A DNA stretch of 64,000 nt from a virus (taxonomy: Duplodnaviria; Caudoviricetes), in the IMG/VR virus record IMGVR_UViG_3300028624_000004, positions 32,001 to 96,000 of that record; one strand, written 5' to 3'. Positions 9,808-20,811 of the stretch are shown here, in pieces. Position 1 is the first letter of the stretch, and the number at the start of each line of letters is the position of its first letter. A program made the translations under genes and the position numbers. Below the pieces are notes generated by a model. It did not search any database and was not told the DNA's origin. It saw only the letters and a program-made list of their open reading frames with translations.

Positions 9808-10701
9808 ATGACATCCAATAAAAAATACAGTGATGATTATATTAATGACTTGTTGCATTCTCACAATGTCACGAAGAAAGGTGTATATGTTAATAATTAT
9901 ACTCCTTTTGTCATCTATTGTAATAAGTGCCAAACCGAAAGTAACGCCATTTTAATTAATGTATTGAGCAGAGTTAAAAAGGGTAATAGTCCTTGCCCAA
10001 TATGCAATAATCTTAATAGAAGACTTTCAAACGAGATTATTGATAAAAGACTTGAAGGTACTGGTTTTGAAAGAATAGGTAACTATGTGACAGCCAATGT
10101 TCCTATTCTATGGAGAGACTCTAGTGGATATGAATGGAAGGACACCCCAGCAGCCGTTTTGTTTTATTATAAGAAGAAAAATGGAGTTCACAATCGCAAG
10201 AGAATTACTGATGCTATGATTGACGAGAGATTAAAGTATAGAAAAATAAAGAGAATCGGATGTTATGTTAACAAAGATACACCAATTGAATGGCAATGTT
10301 TAGAAACGGGGGAAGTGTGGAAGGCTCTTCCTAATAACATTTTTAGGGGATATGGCAACCCCAATTTGAAGACATACAAAAGGGAAAGAGATATCCTTCA
10401 GTATTTCAGACAATCCAATATTCCGCACGATTATCATAAAACATTTGTAGACACTAATAGAAAATACATAGTTGACTTTTTTATACCAGATAAAAATTGC
10501 ATATTAGAATATAACGGAAAGCAACATTATTGTTCCATAGACTATTTTGGTGGTGAGGACCGTTTTATTAAACAAAGAGAAAGGGATGAAAATTTGAAAA
10601 AATACTGCGTAGTGAATAATATTAACTTGGTAGAGATACCATATTCATGGTCTTGGCAGAGGATCGTGGATACTTTAAATTCTGTTACGAAAGGCGGGTA
10701 A
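9808..10701 (+). CDS. Putative homing endonuclease (Zn-ribbon repeats plus PD-(D/E)XK/DUF559-Vsr-like domain)
   Basis: CxxC motifs, repeated RIG.YV..P.I.W units, and a C-terminal VDFFIP..ILEYNGKQHY..RDE.LK.YC..NINLVEIPY. Confidence 0.8.
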   Translation: MTSNKKYSDDYINDLLHSHNVTKKGVYVNNYTPFVIYCNKCQTESNAILINVLSRVKKGNSPCPICNNLNRRLSNEIIDKRLEGTGFERIGNYVTANVPILWRDSSGYEWKDTPAAVLFYYKKKNGVHNRKRITDAMIDERLKYRKIKRIGCYVNKDTPIEWQCLETGEVWKALPNNIFRGYGNPNLKTYKRERDILQYFRQSNIPHDYHKTFVDTNRKYIVDFFIPDKNCILEYNGKQHYCSIDYFGGEDRFIKQRERDENLKKYCVVNNINLVEIPYSWSWQRIVDTLNSVTKGG

Positions 10702-10708
10702 ATACTTT

Positions 10709-13700
10709 ATGTATAATTACTTTCTTCAGTAATGTAATATATCAACACGTAGTCGCTCTTTCTGATGTGTTCAATGAGATGTCCATCATCAACTATGATA
10801 AGGACGGAAAAGCTATTGGATGGAAGCCAGTTCCATTGACCCTTGCGCCAAAAGAAAAGGTAATAGCAGAACTTCAGGCAGATCCAAGTTCACCAGACTC
10901 AACTCCACCAAACTTCCTCCCAAGAATGTCGCTTATTTGGAACGGAATATCCAGAAACCAAGAGAGACAGAGGGGAAAATACGAAAAACGTCGTATATTA
11001 GTTGAATATATGGAAGACCCCGAAACTGGCGAGCAAGAGGAAGCTGCCATTCGTGATGTTCAAACTGTTCCTTACGATTTAACATTTGAGCTTACTGTAT
11101 GGACCAAGTATATGACAGATATGGCTCAGATACTTGAAAACATTCTACCGTTCTTCAATCCAGAAGCGCATGTTTCTCTCTATGAGCGCGGTATAGGATC
11201 CGAAAGAAAAGTCAAAGTAACCCTCGAATCAACCTCTCCTAATTTTGTTACCGACATTTCAGAACCAGAAAGAAGAATTTTACAGTGTAATTTGCAGTTC
11301 AGAATGGAGTGTAACTTCTATACTCCACAGCTACCAATATCTAAGATGATTAAGAGAGTTACTACTCGTATGGGTATTGACTCTACTAAAAACGGAGCAT
11401 CTGAACCAACCGTAGAGGGCGAAACCGTAAATACATTCCTATTGGAATCGGTCACTGGATGTAATAGCTTCCTCGACATGGATCCAAAGATTTGGGGATG
11501 TGTTGTTTCGTTTGACGATATTGAATCTGATTATATGGGTTGGGAACATCACAATGACTTAGACCCACAAAACAAAGTACCACCAACCCCAAGTACGATT
11601 GTTAATCCAAATGAAATTGTATATCCAAATCCACCAGGATATCTTTACAATATACCAAATGATGATTTGACACGCGGACAGCAATGCGCGGTTGACCCAG
11701 AAAAAATACCATTTAAGTTGATTATCGACACTGAAATAACCGAAGCAATATCACAAACAAATCAGTTTATCCTCACTCTTGATGGGACAACTGATGTAAG
11801 TGGTAATCCAGATTATCTTTATAACTTCAATATAAATTGGGGAGACGAAACCGAAGAGACAGTAACGAATTTCACAGATAATTTCGTTAGAGAATCACCA
11901 ACATCGTCTAGAGCAAGAGTTACTCATACATATTCTGTTCCGGGCGTTTATATTATATCAATTACTCCAAACGGCGAAGAAGGTTTCCCAACCTTAAGAT
12001 TTAATGATTTAAGTGTGCAAAGTGGACCTATTGTTACTGATGCTAGGAAAGTTTTGTTCTTACAGCAATGGGGAACAGGAATATGGAAAACAATGTACGG
12101 TGCCTTTGCAGGGTGTGCGAATATGAAAATCATTGCGCCGGATTCAGGAACGGCAAGAACTGAAAATGTAACAGATTGGGACAGAGCATTTGCTTTCTGT
12201 CGGTCTATGACGCATTTCCCAGGAAACTTAAGAATGGGTTCTGGGGAAATATTCACCAGTTGTTGGAATGGATGCAGAGAATTAAAAGAAATACCAAAAA
12301 CTCTTGACTTCTCAAAGGGAAGACAATTCTCATATGCTTGGAACGGTTGCCGTGCAGTTACAGAGTTCCCAAATACATTTGATTTCAGTAATTCTGAAAG
12401 TTTCCAAGGTGCTTGGGGTGGAATGTATATTGAAAGCTTCCCGCTTATCAACTTGGGACCAGCAACAACTTATACTGCCGCGTGGCAAAGTTGTATATAT
12501 TTAAAGTCGTTCCCCTCCCTGGATCTATCAAACGCCACTAGAGTCGATAACGCATGGTGGGATTGTGAATCTCTTACTGAGTTTCCACTAGTAAACACTG
12601 AAAACGTTACTAATTTCAACAGAGCATGGAATGGATGCTTCCGTTTAACAAAAATGGCACCGCTAAATCTTTCAAAGCTAACAACTGGAAACGGGTCATT
12701 CTGGGGATGCTCGGCATTAGTAGATCATCCAGATTATATAATGCCAACTACATCATCTTCAATAAATTTTGGAAATTTATTTAGGCAATCCGGAATCTCA
12801 AGACCAGAGTATGATAACTTCCTTATAAGGTTAGAAGCAGTAAATCCATTAAATAAAGGATCAATAAGTCAAACTCCTGTCAAGTATACCGCTGGACCAG
12901 CATCAATAGCTAGAAGTAAACTAGCATCTAGAGGTTGGTCAATTGCTGACGGCGGACTTGAAAGTGGATTTAGAATAACCATTAACACAAACAACGCTGG
13001 ATCACCAAGTGACCAGTTTATTTTACCGCTAGATCCATTAAGCACCTATAACTTCTCTATTCTGTGGGGCGATAACACCGGAGAATTTATAACTAATACC
13101 ACAACTGGATTCCCAAACATATCTCATACATACACCACTCCGGGAACATATACAATAACCATAACAGAAATGGAAGTTGGTGGTTTCCCAACAATATACT
13201 TTAATAACAGCGGCGATAGATTAAAGATAACAGGAATAACCCAATGGGGAATTAATGAATGGATGTCATTGAATTCTTCTTTCTATGGGTGCAGTAATTT
13301 AAATATTACAGCTACAGATTTCTCGACAGCAAAATTCTCTATGGTCAGCAACGCAGAAAGCGCATTCAGGGATTGCACAAGTCTTGTAACACTTAATTCC
13401 TACAACTGGAATCAAATAACCAATTTACAAAATGCATTTAGTGGTTGCACTTCGCTGACAACAGTGGGAGCATCATTAAATCTATCAATGGCACAAAATC
13501 TGATGGCTATGTTTAATGGAGCAACATCACTCGTAACATTCCCCGTCATAAGCTTACCATCAATGACAAATGGGGCTAATATGTTTAATGGTGTAACGCT
13601 CTCCACTACATCGTATAGTAATCTTCTTATTTCTTTGGATTCTGTTAATAATAACACTGGTGTCACATTCCACGGAGGAAACTCTTTGTATAATGTCGGA

Positions 13701-13769
13701 TCAGCAGCATCAAGAAATAATCTTACTTCGGTGAAGTTGTGGGACATAACAGACGGCGGTCCAGCATAA
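10709..13769 (+). CDS. gp15: Tail terminator (T4 gp15-like) fused to two PKD plus DUF285/BspA-like repeat modules. The probable true start is ATG 10709, which is out of frame with the long ORF (10647..13769)
   Basis: gp15 motifs VPLTLAPKEK, LPRMS, VPYDLTFEL..WTKY..DMAQILENILPFFNP. Then FNINWGD..THTYSVPGVY.ISI (PKD), QWG..W..M..AF.GC.N, and roughly 23-aa FPxxDxS...F..AW.GC repeats. Confidence 0.85.
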
Positions 13770-13778
13770 GGAAGTTAT

Positions 13779-14027
13779 ATGCAGGAAATCAAAGCAGATA
13801 AATTTTATTATTATTTAGCTCATAACGAAACAGACACTTTTCACTGTGGATGTATTCCCGAAACACATGAAGTTATCACAGGGCAGCCAAATCTAGAAAC
13901 ATTTTCAACAAAACAAGAGTTATTAGATAGATTAAATGTATTGAATTGTGAGCTAACAGAAAGCTGTAGTCAATACATAGACGAACTAGAGCAATATGAA
14001 CTAATTTGTAAAAAACAATCATTATAA
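13779..14027 (+). CDS. Small hypothetical protein
   Basis: AAGGAAG ribosome-binding site; fills the gap between gp15 and the small terminase. Confidence 0.6.
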   Translation: MQEIKADKFYYYLAHNETDTFHCGCIPETHEVITGQPNLETFSTKQELLDRLNVLNCELTESCSQYIDELEQYELICKKQSL

Positions 14028-14054
14028 TTACATGCTATTGGATATAATATACAT

Positions 14055-14654
14055 ATGACTAAAGAAAAAGACATAGTAAGTAAAATCGACGCTGCTCTTG
14101 ATATAGCAGACAAGATGAAGTGTTTTGATTCGACAACCGGATCTTCCAAATCTGAAAATTCCGAAAAAGACGAAGAGCTTCGCAGAAGAACTGAAGAGCG
14201 TAAAGAAAAAATCGCTTTAGTCAGAGCAGAGATTGAAAAGAAAAAAGACCTAACGGACGAGATATTCATAAAAGATAATCTTCGTAATATCGCTGAAGTT
14301 GGTGTTGAGGTTATACATATTCTTACTGAAGAACTTAAGTATGATCCATCTGGTAGAACCGCCGAATGTATGAGTGCATTGATGAATGCGATTACAGGCG
14401 CATTAAAAGAAATAAAAGAATATGATAATGATAAAACAAAACTTGGATATGAGCGTGAGAAAATAGACATAAAGAAAGCTTCTGCTGCTGTGGCAGGACC
14501 ATCTGGAAACATCATGGTGGTTGGTAAAATGACAGATGTTTTAAAGGCAATACAGGACCAGAAGTTTGAAAACATGAAGGAAGTAGATGCTGTTGTTGAG
14601 CGTGAATCACTAGAAGAGAAAGCTCCGGGGACAGTATATAAGAAGGAGCAGTAA
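14055..14654 (+). CDS. gp16: Terminase small subunit (gp16-like)
   Basis: Coupled to the large terminase (TAATG overlap); helical core, GRTAE motif and NIMVVG..DVLK. Confidence 0.7.
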   Translation: MTKEKDIVSKIDAALDIADKMKCFDSTTGSSKSENSEKDEELRRRTEERKEKIALVRAEIEKKKDLTDEIFIKDNLRNIAEVGVEVIHILTEELKYDPSGRTAECMSALMNAITGALKEIKEYDNDKTKLGYEREKIDIKKASAAVAGPSGNIMVVGKMTDVLKAIQDQKFENMKEVDAVVERESLEEKAPGTVYKKEQ

Positions 14655-16258
14655 TGCCTATAGCATATGATGACAAGCAAATCGTAAGACCAAATAGAGA
14701 TATTCAGTTCACCCCCGAAATGGTCAGAGAGTTGGCAAGGTGTGCCGCTGACATCATATACTTCGCTGAAAAGTATTACACCATCATCCACCCTGTCAAG
14801 GGAGAAATGGTTATAAAGTTATTTCCTTACCAGAAGGAAATGATTAAGGCAATGTCGGAGAATCGTTTCTCTATATTCTGCTGTGGACGTCAGCTTGGTA
14901 AGTCAACCTGCGCCTGCATCTATTTGCTTTGGTACACATTGTTCAATCCAACCAAGACAGTAGCTATTCTCGCCAACATGCAGTCAACCGCCGTTTCGCT
15001 TGTCGGTGATATAAAGAAGGGCTATGCAATGTTGCCAGCATGGCTCAAGCCCGGCGTCACCAAGTACGACCAGCTTGAGTTGGGGTTCGAGAATGACAGC
15101 CGCATATTCGCTCGCGCTACATCTAAGAACGCTATTCGTGGTGAATCCATATCCTTGATGTTCCTTGACGAGTTCTCGTTCGTTCCCCAGGAAATAGCCG
15201 AAGAGTTTTGGGTATCCAACTTCCCCACCATTTCAACTGGTGGATCGGTCGTAGTCGTTTCAACTCCAAACGGAACCGCTGGCAAGTTCTACCAACTCTG
15301 GAACAACGCCACAACCACCCAACAGAAGCAGTGGAAGGCAATGAAGGTAAAGTGGGACGCCCACCCAGACAGAGACGAAAAATGGAAGGAAGACCAGCTT
15401 CAGTCTCTTGGTAAGATTAAGTTCCAGCAGGAGCATAATTGCTCCTTCACGGGTTCGACATATACGCTTATAGATGGTGATAAGCTCGCCTCATTGAAGC
15501 CAATGGATGCTAACTTCTATCCCGAAGAAGGTTACTACATGTGGCAGAAGCCAGTCCCCCAGAAGATTTATATGGTGACATGTGACGTTGCTAAAGGATC
15601 TAACAACGACTATCATGTAGCCAATGTATGGGATGTCACCCAATGGCATATAAACGGCAGAATAGAACAGGTCGCCATGTATCGTCGTAACGATGTGTCT
15701 ATATTCGACTTCAAGGACAAGATCAAACAGATAGCTACTCAATACAATAAAGCCATGGCAGTTATTGAGAATAATAATTTAGGTGCCGTTGTTGTCCAAA
15801 ACCTTTACTTTGAAGACGGATATGATAATGTATGGTTTGATGTTGATAAGGGGGACTATGGGGTAAATGCCAATGCCAAAACCAAGCCCCTGGCTTTATC
15901 ATACTTCAAGGAGGATGTAGAGTCTGGAAAGATGCTTATAAGAGCCGTTGAGATGCTTACCGAGCTATCATACTTCGAAGAGGTCAGGACAGGCATCTTC
16001 CAGGCTCGCCCAGGCAGGGGGTTCTTTGACGATACCGTTGTTTCGGGGTATTGGACATCATTTGCCCTCCGTTCAAGGTTCTGGGAAGATCACCTTCACT
16101 TTATATTACAGAATCCCAATCTCAACCTTCTCCAGAATAATGAGAGTGAACAAAACGATGAAGAAAATATGAAAAACTTCATGAGAATGATAGGTTCTGG
16201 CAGTACAAATCCAAATGATGATATAGATAGGTTCAAAAATGACCTTGCTCGTGGTTGA
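14654..16258 (+). CDS. gp17: Terminase large subunit (gp17-like)
   Basis: YQK adenine-binding motif, Walker A GRQLGKS, Walker B MFLDEF, STPNG, QEHNCSF, nuclease DVAKG..DY and DDTV. Confidence 0.97.
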   Translation: MPIAYDDKQIVRPNRDIQFTPEMVRELARCAADIIYFAEKYYTIIHPVKGEMVIKLFPYQKEMIKAMSENRFSIFCCGRQLGKSTCACIYLLWYTLFNPTKTVAILANMQSTAVSLVGDIKKGYAMLPAWLKPGVTKYDQLELGFENDSRIFARATSKNAIRGESISLMFLDEFSFVPQEIAEEFWVSNFPTISTGGSVVVVSTPNGTAGKFYQLWNNATTTQQKQWKAMKVKWDAHPDRDEKWKEDQLQSLGKIKFQQEHNCSFTGSTYTLIDGDKLASLKPMDANFYPEEGYYMWQKPVPQKIYMVTCDVAKGSNNDYHVANVWDVTQWHINGRIEQVAMYRRNDVSIFDFKDKIKQIATQYNKAMAVIENNNLGAVVVQNLYFEDGYDNVWFDVDKGDYGVNANAKTKPLALSYFKEDVESGKMLIRAVEMLTELSYFEEVRTGIFQARPGRGFFDDTVVSGYWTSFALRSRFWEDHLHFILQNPNLNLLQNNESEQNDEENMKNFMRMIGSGSTNPNDDIDRFKNDLARG

Positions 16259-16347
16259 TAAATAACATAGGAGACGAAAATAGTATTAGACGCATATGTA
16301 AATCAATATAAATACTATGGAAGACACTCGTATAAGGAGCTAATATT

Positions 16348-18357
16348 ATGGTCGGATCTGCAAACCTCTCTCCTGGCGTAGATATCATTGAGCGCGATGC
16401 ATCGCTCCGCATTCCTACAGTTACTTCTTCTGTTGGCGCATTAGTAGTCGCGGCAAACCGTGGACCGCTCAATGTTAGAACATTAGTAAACGCTGAAAAG
16501 GATTACGTCGATGCCTTCGGTGAACCTGATGATATAAACTATACACACTTCTACACCGCTAAGTCCTTTCTCGAAGGATCAAATCAGCTTTATGTAGTTC
16601 GTGTTGAAAACGAGGATACTCTCGTCGCTGGATTGACTGTTGGTTTGTCAGGATCGGAAGTCAGTGAATGGGTAACTCCATTGGCTGCTAAGAACTTCCC
16701 AGTAACTTACGACAACATTCCTGACACAGAGCCATTGGCATATGATGGAGTAACTCCCGTATTCGGCAACACCGAACTTGAGGCAGTTGACAATGAACTC
16801 TACCATGTATGGGGAGTTGGTGCTGGTGCCTTCTATGATGGCGTCCAGTTTAACGTCATTAACGCAGTTGACTTCCAGACCCTCGTCGGATTCAAGGCTG
16901 AGCTTGCACAGGCTGCAACCACCTTTGAAACCCAAGCAATCATATACAAGTACTACTACGGCGTTCCACCATCAACCATCTCTGGCGACCCAGGATATGA
17001 TGTATGGGGAGGAACAACACCACCACCAACATCGAACCCAATATTCGATGATGTCGGTGACTATTTGGCAAACTCTGTCCTTCGTGACGACCTCATCGTT
17101 CCACCGTGGGAATCAACACAAGGTGAATGGGAAGTAAACAACACTCTGCTCAATCAGTGGACCGCATTTGAGTTTGGACCGGCGGTAACTGTTGAAAACG
17201 ACGAGTTCGCTCTCTTCGTTTATGCAGATGGCGACCTTCAGGAATCGTATGTTTGCTCGAAGATAGCAGACAAGCGCGACAACCAGGGAAACAAGATGTT
17301 TGGACCAGAATTGGTCAATGGTAACAGTAAGTACATCTACTTCTTCGTAGGTGCAAGTGAAGAAGGTGCAGCAGGAGTTGAAATAGTATCAACTGGTCTT
17401 CGCACTCTTGCTGGTGCTGGACATCTTACACAGAATCTCTTTGACCTTGTAGGTGAAATAGAAACTGCTTGGAGATACCACTTCACCAACAAGGAAGAGT
17501 TGGAAATAGATATCCTTCTCGACCCAGACTACCCAACCGTCTTGAAGCGTTCGCTTGATGATATCTGCAAGAATGTTCGTAAGGATTGCTTCACAATCCT
17601 CAATGTTCCTGTAGCCAAGATGATCAATGTCACCAACGCTAAGCAGGTTGCTCGTCCATATTCTTCAATGTCGGATTATGTAAACCTCGAATTGAACATC
17701 AACTCATCATATTCGGCTATCTATGGTCAGTACTTCGAGATTTATGACTTCTACAATGAGAAGTTCCGTTGGGTTCCAGCCACAGGTTATGTTGGTGCAG
17801 TCATCGCTCGTGTTGACTTCCAGTACGACCCATGGTGGGCACCAGCAGGATTGAATCGTGGTATCATCTCTGGCATCAACCGTGTTGCTGTCAATCCTAA
17901 CAAGGCTCAGAGAGATGTTCTTTACTACAACCGCATCAACCCAATTCCTAACCTCGTTGGTCAGGGAATCGTTATATGGGGTCAGAAGACACTCCAGGCT
18001 AAGCCAAGTGCCTTCGACAGAATCAATGTTCGTCGCTTGTTCCTCCACATGGAGCGTTCAATCGACAAGCTTGCTCGCTACTTCCTCTTCGAGTTCAATG
18101 ATGATATTACACGCTCACGCTTCCGTGGCTTAGTCAACGGATTCTTGGCGGAAATCAAGGCTCGTCGTGGAGTAACAGATTATCTCGTCGTAGCCGATGA
18201 GTCCAACAATACCGCAGAGGTAATCGACCGTAACGAATTCGTTGCTGAAATCCTCGTCAAGCCAACCAGAGTAATAGAGTTCATAAAGCTCATCTTTACT
18301 GCGGTCAGTACTGGCGTAGCATTCTCTGAAGTAGTTGGAAGGTCATCAGGAGTATAA
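16348..18357 (+). CDS. gp18: Contractile tail sheath protein (gp18-like)
   Basis: Motifs LSPGVDIIERD, PWWAPAGLNRG, RINP..GQGIVIWGQKTL..SAFDRINVRRLF and FEFND. Confidence 0.97.
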   Translation: MVGSANLSPGVDIIERDASLRIPTVTSSVGALVVAANRGPLNVRTLVNAEKDYVDAFGEPDDINYTHFYTAKSFLEGSNQLYVVRVENEDTLVAGLTVGLSGSEVSEWVTPLAAKNFPVTYDNIPDTEPLAYDGVTPVFGNTELEAVDNELYHVWGVGAGAFYDGVQFNVINAVDFQTLVGFKAELAQAATTFETQAIIYKYYYGVPPSTISGDPGYDVWGGTTPPPTSNPIFDDVGDYLANSVLRDDLIVPPWESTQGEWEVNNTLLNQWTAFEFGPAVTVENDEFALFVYADGDLQESYVCSKIADKRDNQGNKMFGPELVNGNSKYIYFFVGASEEGAAGVEIVSTGLRTLAGAGHLTQNLFDLVGEIETAWRYHFTNKEELEIDILLDPDYPTVLKRSLDDICKNVRKDCFTILNVPVAKMINVTNAKQVARPYSSMSDYVNLELNINSSYSAIYGQYFEIYDFYNEKFRWVPATGYVGAVIARVDFQYDPWWAPAGLNRGIISGINRVAVNPNKAQRDVLYYNRINPIPNLVGQGIVIWGQKTLQAKPSAFDRINVRRLFLHMERSIDKLARYFLFEFNDDITRSRFRGLVNGFLAEIKARRGVTDYLVVADESNNTAEVIDRNEFVAEILVKPTRVIEFIKLIFTAVSTGVAFSEVVGRSSGV

Positions 18358-18380
18358 TAGGTAGATAACAGGAGAAAAAT

Positions 18381-19013
18381 ATGCCATTCCCAACACCATT
18401 CGCCAATCAGAATCTTTATAACTTTCGTAGAGTTATAGGCGACCACTCAAGAGCATACCTCTTCATGGTTTCCGTTCCTCCTGTAGCCGGTAATGACGCA
18501 GAACTAACAGCTTTTGCTCGCACCACTAAGCTACCAGAGTATAACATCGAAAAGGTTGAAATTCCTTTCCAGGGAATGAAGTACAAGGTCGGAACTGTTC
18601 CTACCTTTGGTGACTGGACTGCCGAGTTCCTTGCTGATGACGCAATGGAACTTCGCATGAGATTCCTCCAGTGGCAGGCTTCCATCTACGACGCTCAGCG
18701 CCAGCTTTCTGGTTCTCCTGCCTTCTACAAGGCTGACAACATGACCGTTCGCCAGTTAAATCGTATTGGAGCAGTTGTTCTTGAATACGGTTTTATCGGT
18801 GCTTTCCCAACACAAGTAAGCGAAATCGCCCTTGACCACGGAAATACAGATGTTGAGAAGTTCACAGTCACCTTCTCATATGATTACTACAATGTCAACA
18901 ATACTGGCGTCCCTGGTGCTTCTATCGCAGCAGCCCCAAGTGCCGATGTATCGTTCGTCACCTACCAGCCATCTGGTCTTATCGGATCGGGATTAAATCC
19001 AATCCAGGGATAA
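18381..19013 (+). CDS. gp19: Tail tube protein (gp19-like)
   Basis: Motifs LP..IE.VEIPFQG..KVG..TF.DWT.EF..D and GAFPTQVSEIALD..EKFTVTFSYDY. Confidence 0.9.
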   Translation: MPFPTPFANQNLYNFRRVIGDHSRAYLFMVSVPPVAGNDAELTAFARTTKLPEYNIEKVEIPFQGMKYKVGTVPTFGDWTAEFLADDAMELRMRFLQWQASIYDAQRQLSGSPAFYKADNMTVRQLNRIGAVVLEYGFIGAFPTQVSEIALDHGNTDVEKFTVTFSYDYYNVNNTGVPGASIAAAPSADVSFVTYQPSGLIGSGLNPIQG

Positions 19014-19041
19014 GGCATTTGGTTGGGTGAGATAACACTCT

Positions 19042-19962
19042 ATGCCTTTTACAAATAAGCAAAATACGAATTTACGAGAGTTTCGCCAGATAGTTGGCGA
19101 TGCTGCTCGTTCGTATTTGTTTGAAATTGATATTCCGGTAATAACCAATGACATCAATGATGCAAAGACTATAACTTGTCTAGCCAGATCTGCAAATCTT
19201 CCAAGATATACAATTGAAGATGTTCCATTTGAATTCCAGAAATCCACCTTCCATATGGGAGGAAGAGCAAAGTTTGATTCGTGGCAAGTTACCTTCATGG
19301 CAGATGTTTATCACAAGCTAAGAAACAGACTATTGACTTGGCAAAGTGTTATTTTTGATCCTACAAGACAGGTCGGTTATTCCCCGTCGTCCTACAAGAG
19401 AGACGGTGTTACTATTAAGCAGCTTGATAGAACAGGATCGGTTGTCACATCATATGAATTTAAAGGTCTTTTTCCTAGTGAAGTCGGGGAAATACAAGTA
19501 GACCAAGGCACCACATCTTTCGAAGAATTTAATGTTATATTCACATATGATTATTATGTTATAGGTTCTCAGATAGATAGGGAAGTTAAATACCCAGATC
19601 AGCAATCAGCGGTTAATCTTAAAGTCGGAAGTGAAATCTTAAGTCGAATCTATGCTGAGCCATCAGTGCCAGCATCAGAAAACGATATATCACAGCAAGA
19701 AATAGATTTAAGCTATAATTCAGCAACTCTTCCAGCATCTCTTGGATTTTTTGATGCTATAGGAGCATCCCCAACACAGTCAAGTCAACCCTATGGAGAT
19801 GGAAGCTTAAATACCCCAGACTCATCGAACAGAGAAACTACTATAGGTAATATATCTAGTTTCAATCCATATAATGCATTGGGTGTTCCATATTCATATC
19901 GTTGGATGCCTCCTGTCAAGGGACTGGCATCGGTTAGAATATCCCGCAGGGGAATAGGCTAA
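19042..19962 (+). CDS. Second tail-tube-fold protein with a C-terminal extension (gp19 paralogue, possible gp54 analogue)
   Basis: The first ~175 aa align by eye with 18381..19013 (NLREFRQIVGD, GLFPSEVGEI, FTYDYY). Confidence 0.8.
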   Translation: MPFTNKQNTNLREFRQIVGDAARSYLFEIDIPVITNDINDAKTITCLARSANLPRYTIEDVPFEFQKSTFHMGGRAKFDSWQVTFMADVYHKLRNRLLTWQSVIFDPTRQVGYSPSSYKRDGVTIKQLDRTGSVVTSYEFKGLFPSEVGEIQVDQGTTSFEEFNVIFTYDYYVIGSQIDREVKYPDQQSAVNLKVGSEILSRIYAEPSVPASENDISQQEIDLSYNSATLPASLGFFDAIGASPTQSSQPYGDGSLNTPDSSNRETTIGNISSFNPYNALGVPYSYRWMPPVKGLASVRISRRGIG

Positions 19963-20019
19963 TATATTTAATAATTGTTAGCTTTCTGTTATAATAAAAC
20001 AACTATATAAGGAGATTGT

Positions 20020-20811
20020 ATGTCTGACGACAAACCATCGTTAAGTATTAATGATTTACGCAAAATTTATGCTACTAGTGCTGGTGATGAACTTGCTATT
20101 GATCTTTGCTATTCTCATCATAAAGCCTTCATTAAACCAATGAAAGTAAAGGACAAGAAGGATCTTCTTAAGGCTATAGAATCAAAGAATGAGAAACTTG
20201 TTCAATCTAACCTTGATGATATAGTTGAAAAGTATGTAAGGGTGGACGGTTATAAGAGCGTAAATCAAATGACCGTACAAGAAAGATACCAAGTTCTCGT
20301 CGCCATGCGCCGTGCGGCAGCAGGCGACGATACTAAAATAATACATCAGTGTCCAAAATGTGAACATGTTGCCAAGGAAATAAACTTTAATATGGCTAAT
20401 ATAGTCACAGTAGACTATAAGGAGCCAGAAAGAGGCAGCGTTATAGAAACCGCCGGTGGTGCTATAAAGATTACTCTTGGACCTATTCGCCGCTGCGATG
20501 AGAAGATACTTGAAAAGATTATATTCGACAAGAAGATAACCCTGACCTCTGAGCGTCAGTTTATCATGCTGGCTGGATGTATTCACAAGGTCGAAATAAA
20601 CCAAGATGACATGATTGCTGAAGTTCCTATGGACGCTGCTGAGAAGGTCGAGTTCTTTGAGAATCTTTCAAGTCGCGACTTGGATAGGATAACCGAATAT
20701 GTCAAGCAGACTGATCATGGAGTTAAAATCCCCTTCAAGTTCAAGTGCGCCAAGTGCGACTATGAGAACGAGCAGGAGGAAGCGAATGTCGCCGTTTTTT
20801 TTATCAACTAA
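20020..20811 (+). CDS. gp26: Baseplate hub/tail assembly chaperone (gp26-like)
   Basis: IKPMKVKDKK.LL, CPKCEH and CAKCDY zinc motifs, EFFENLSS.D; ends VFFIN. Confidence 0.75.
   Translation: MSDDKPSLSINDLRKIYATSAGDELAIDLCYSHHKAFIKPMKVKDKKDLLKAIESKNEKLVQSNLDDIVEKYVRVDGYKSVNQMTVQERYQVLVAMRRAAAGDDTKIIHQCPKCEHVAKEINFNMANIVTVDYKEPERGSVIETAGGAIKITLGPIRRCDEKILEKIIFDKKITLTSERQFIMLAGCIHKVEINQDDMIAEVPMDAAEKVEFFENLSSRDLDRITEYVKQTDHGVKIPFKFKCAKCDYENEQEEANVAVFFIN

Noticed and set aside
11700-13769. Diversity-generating retroelement target in the DUF285-like repeats
   Set aside because: There is no reverse transcriptase in the window, and I saw no near-identical TR/VR pair differing at adenines.
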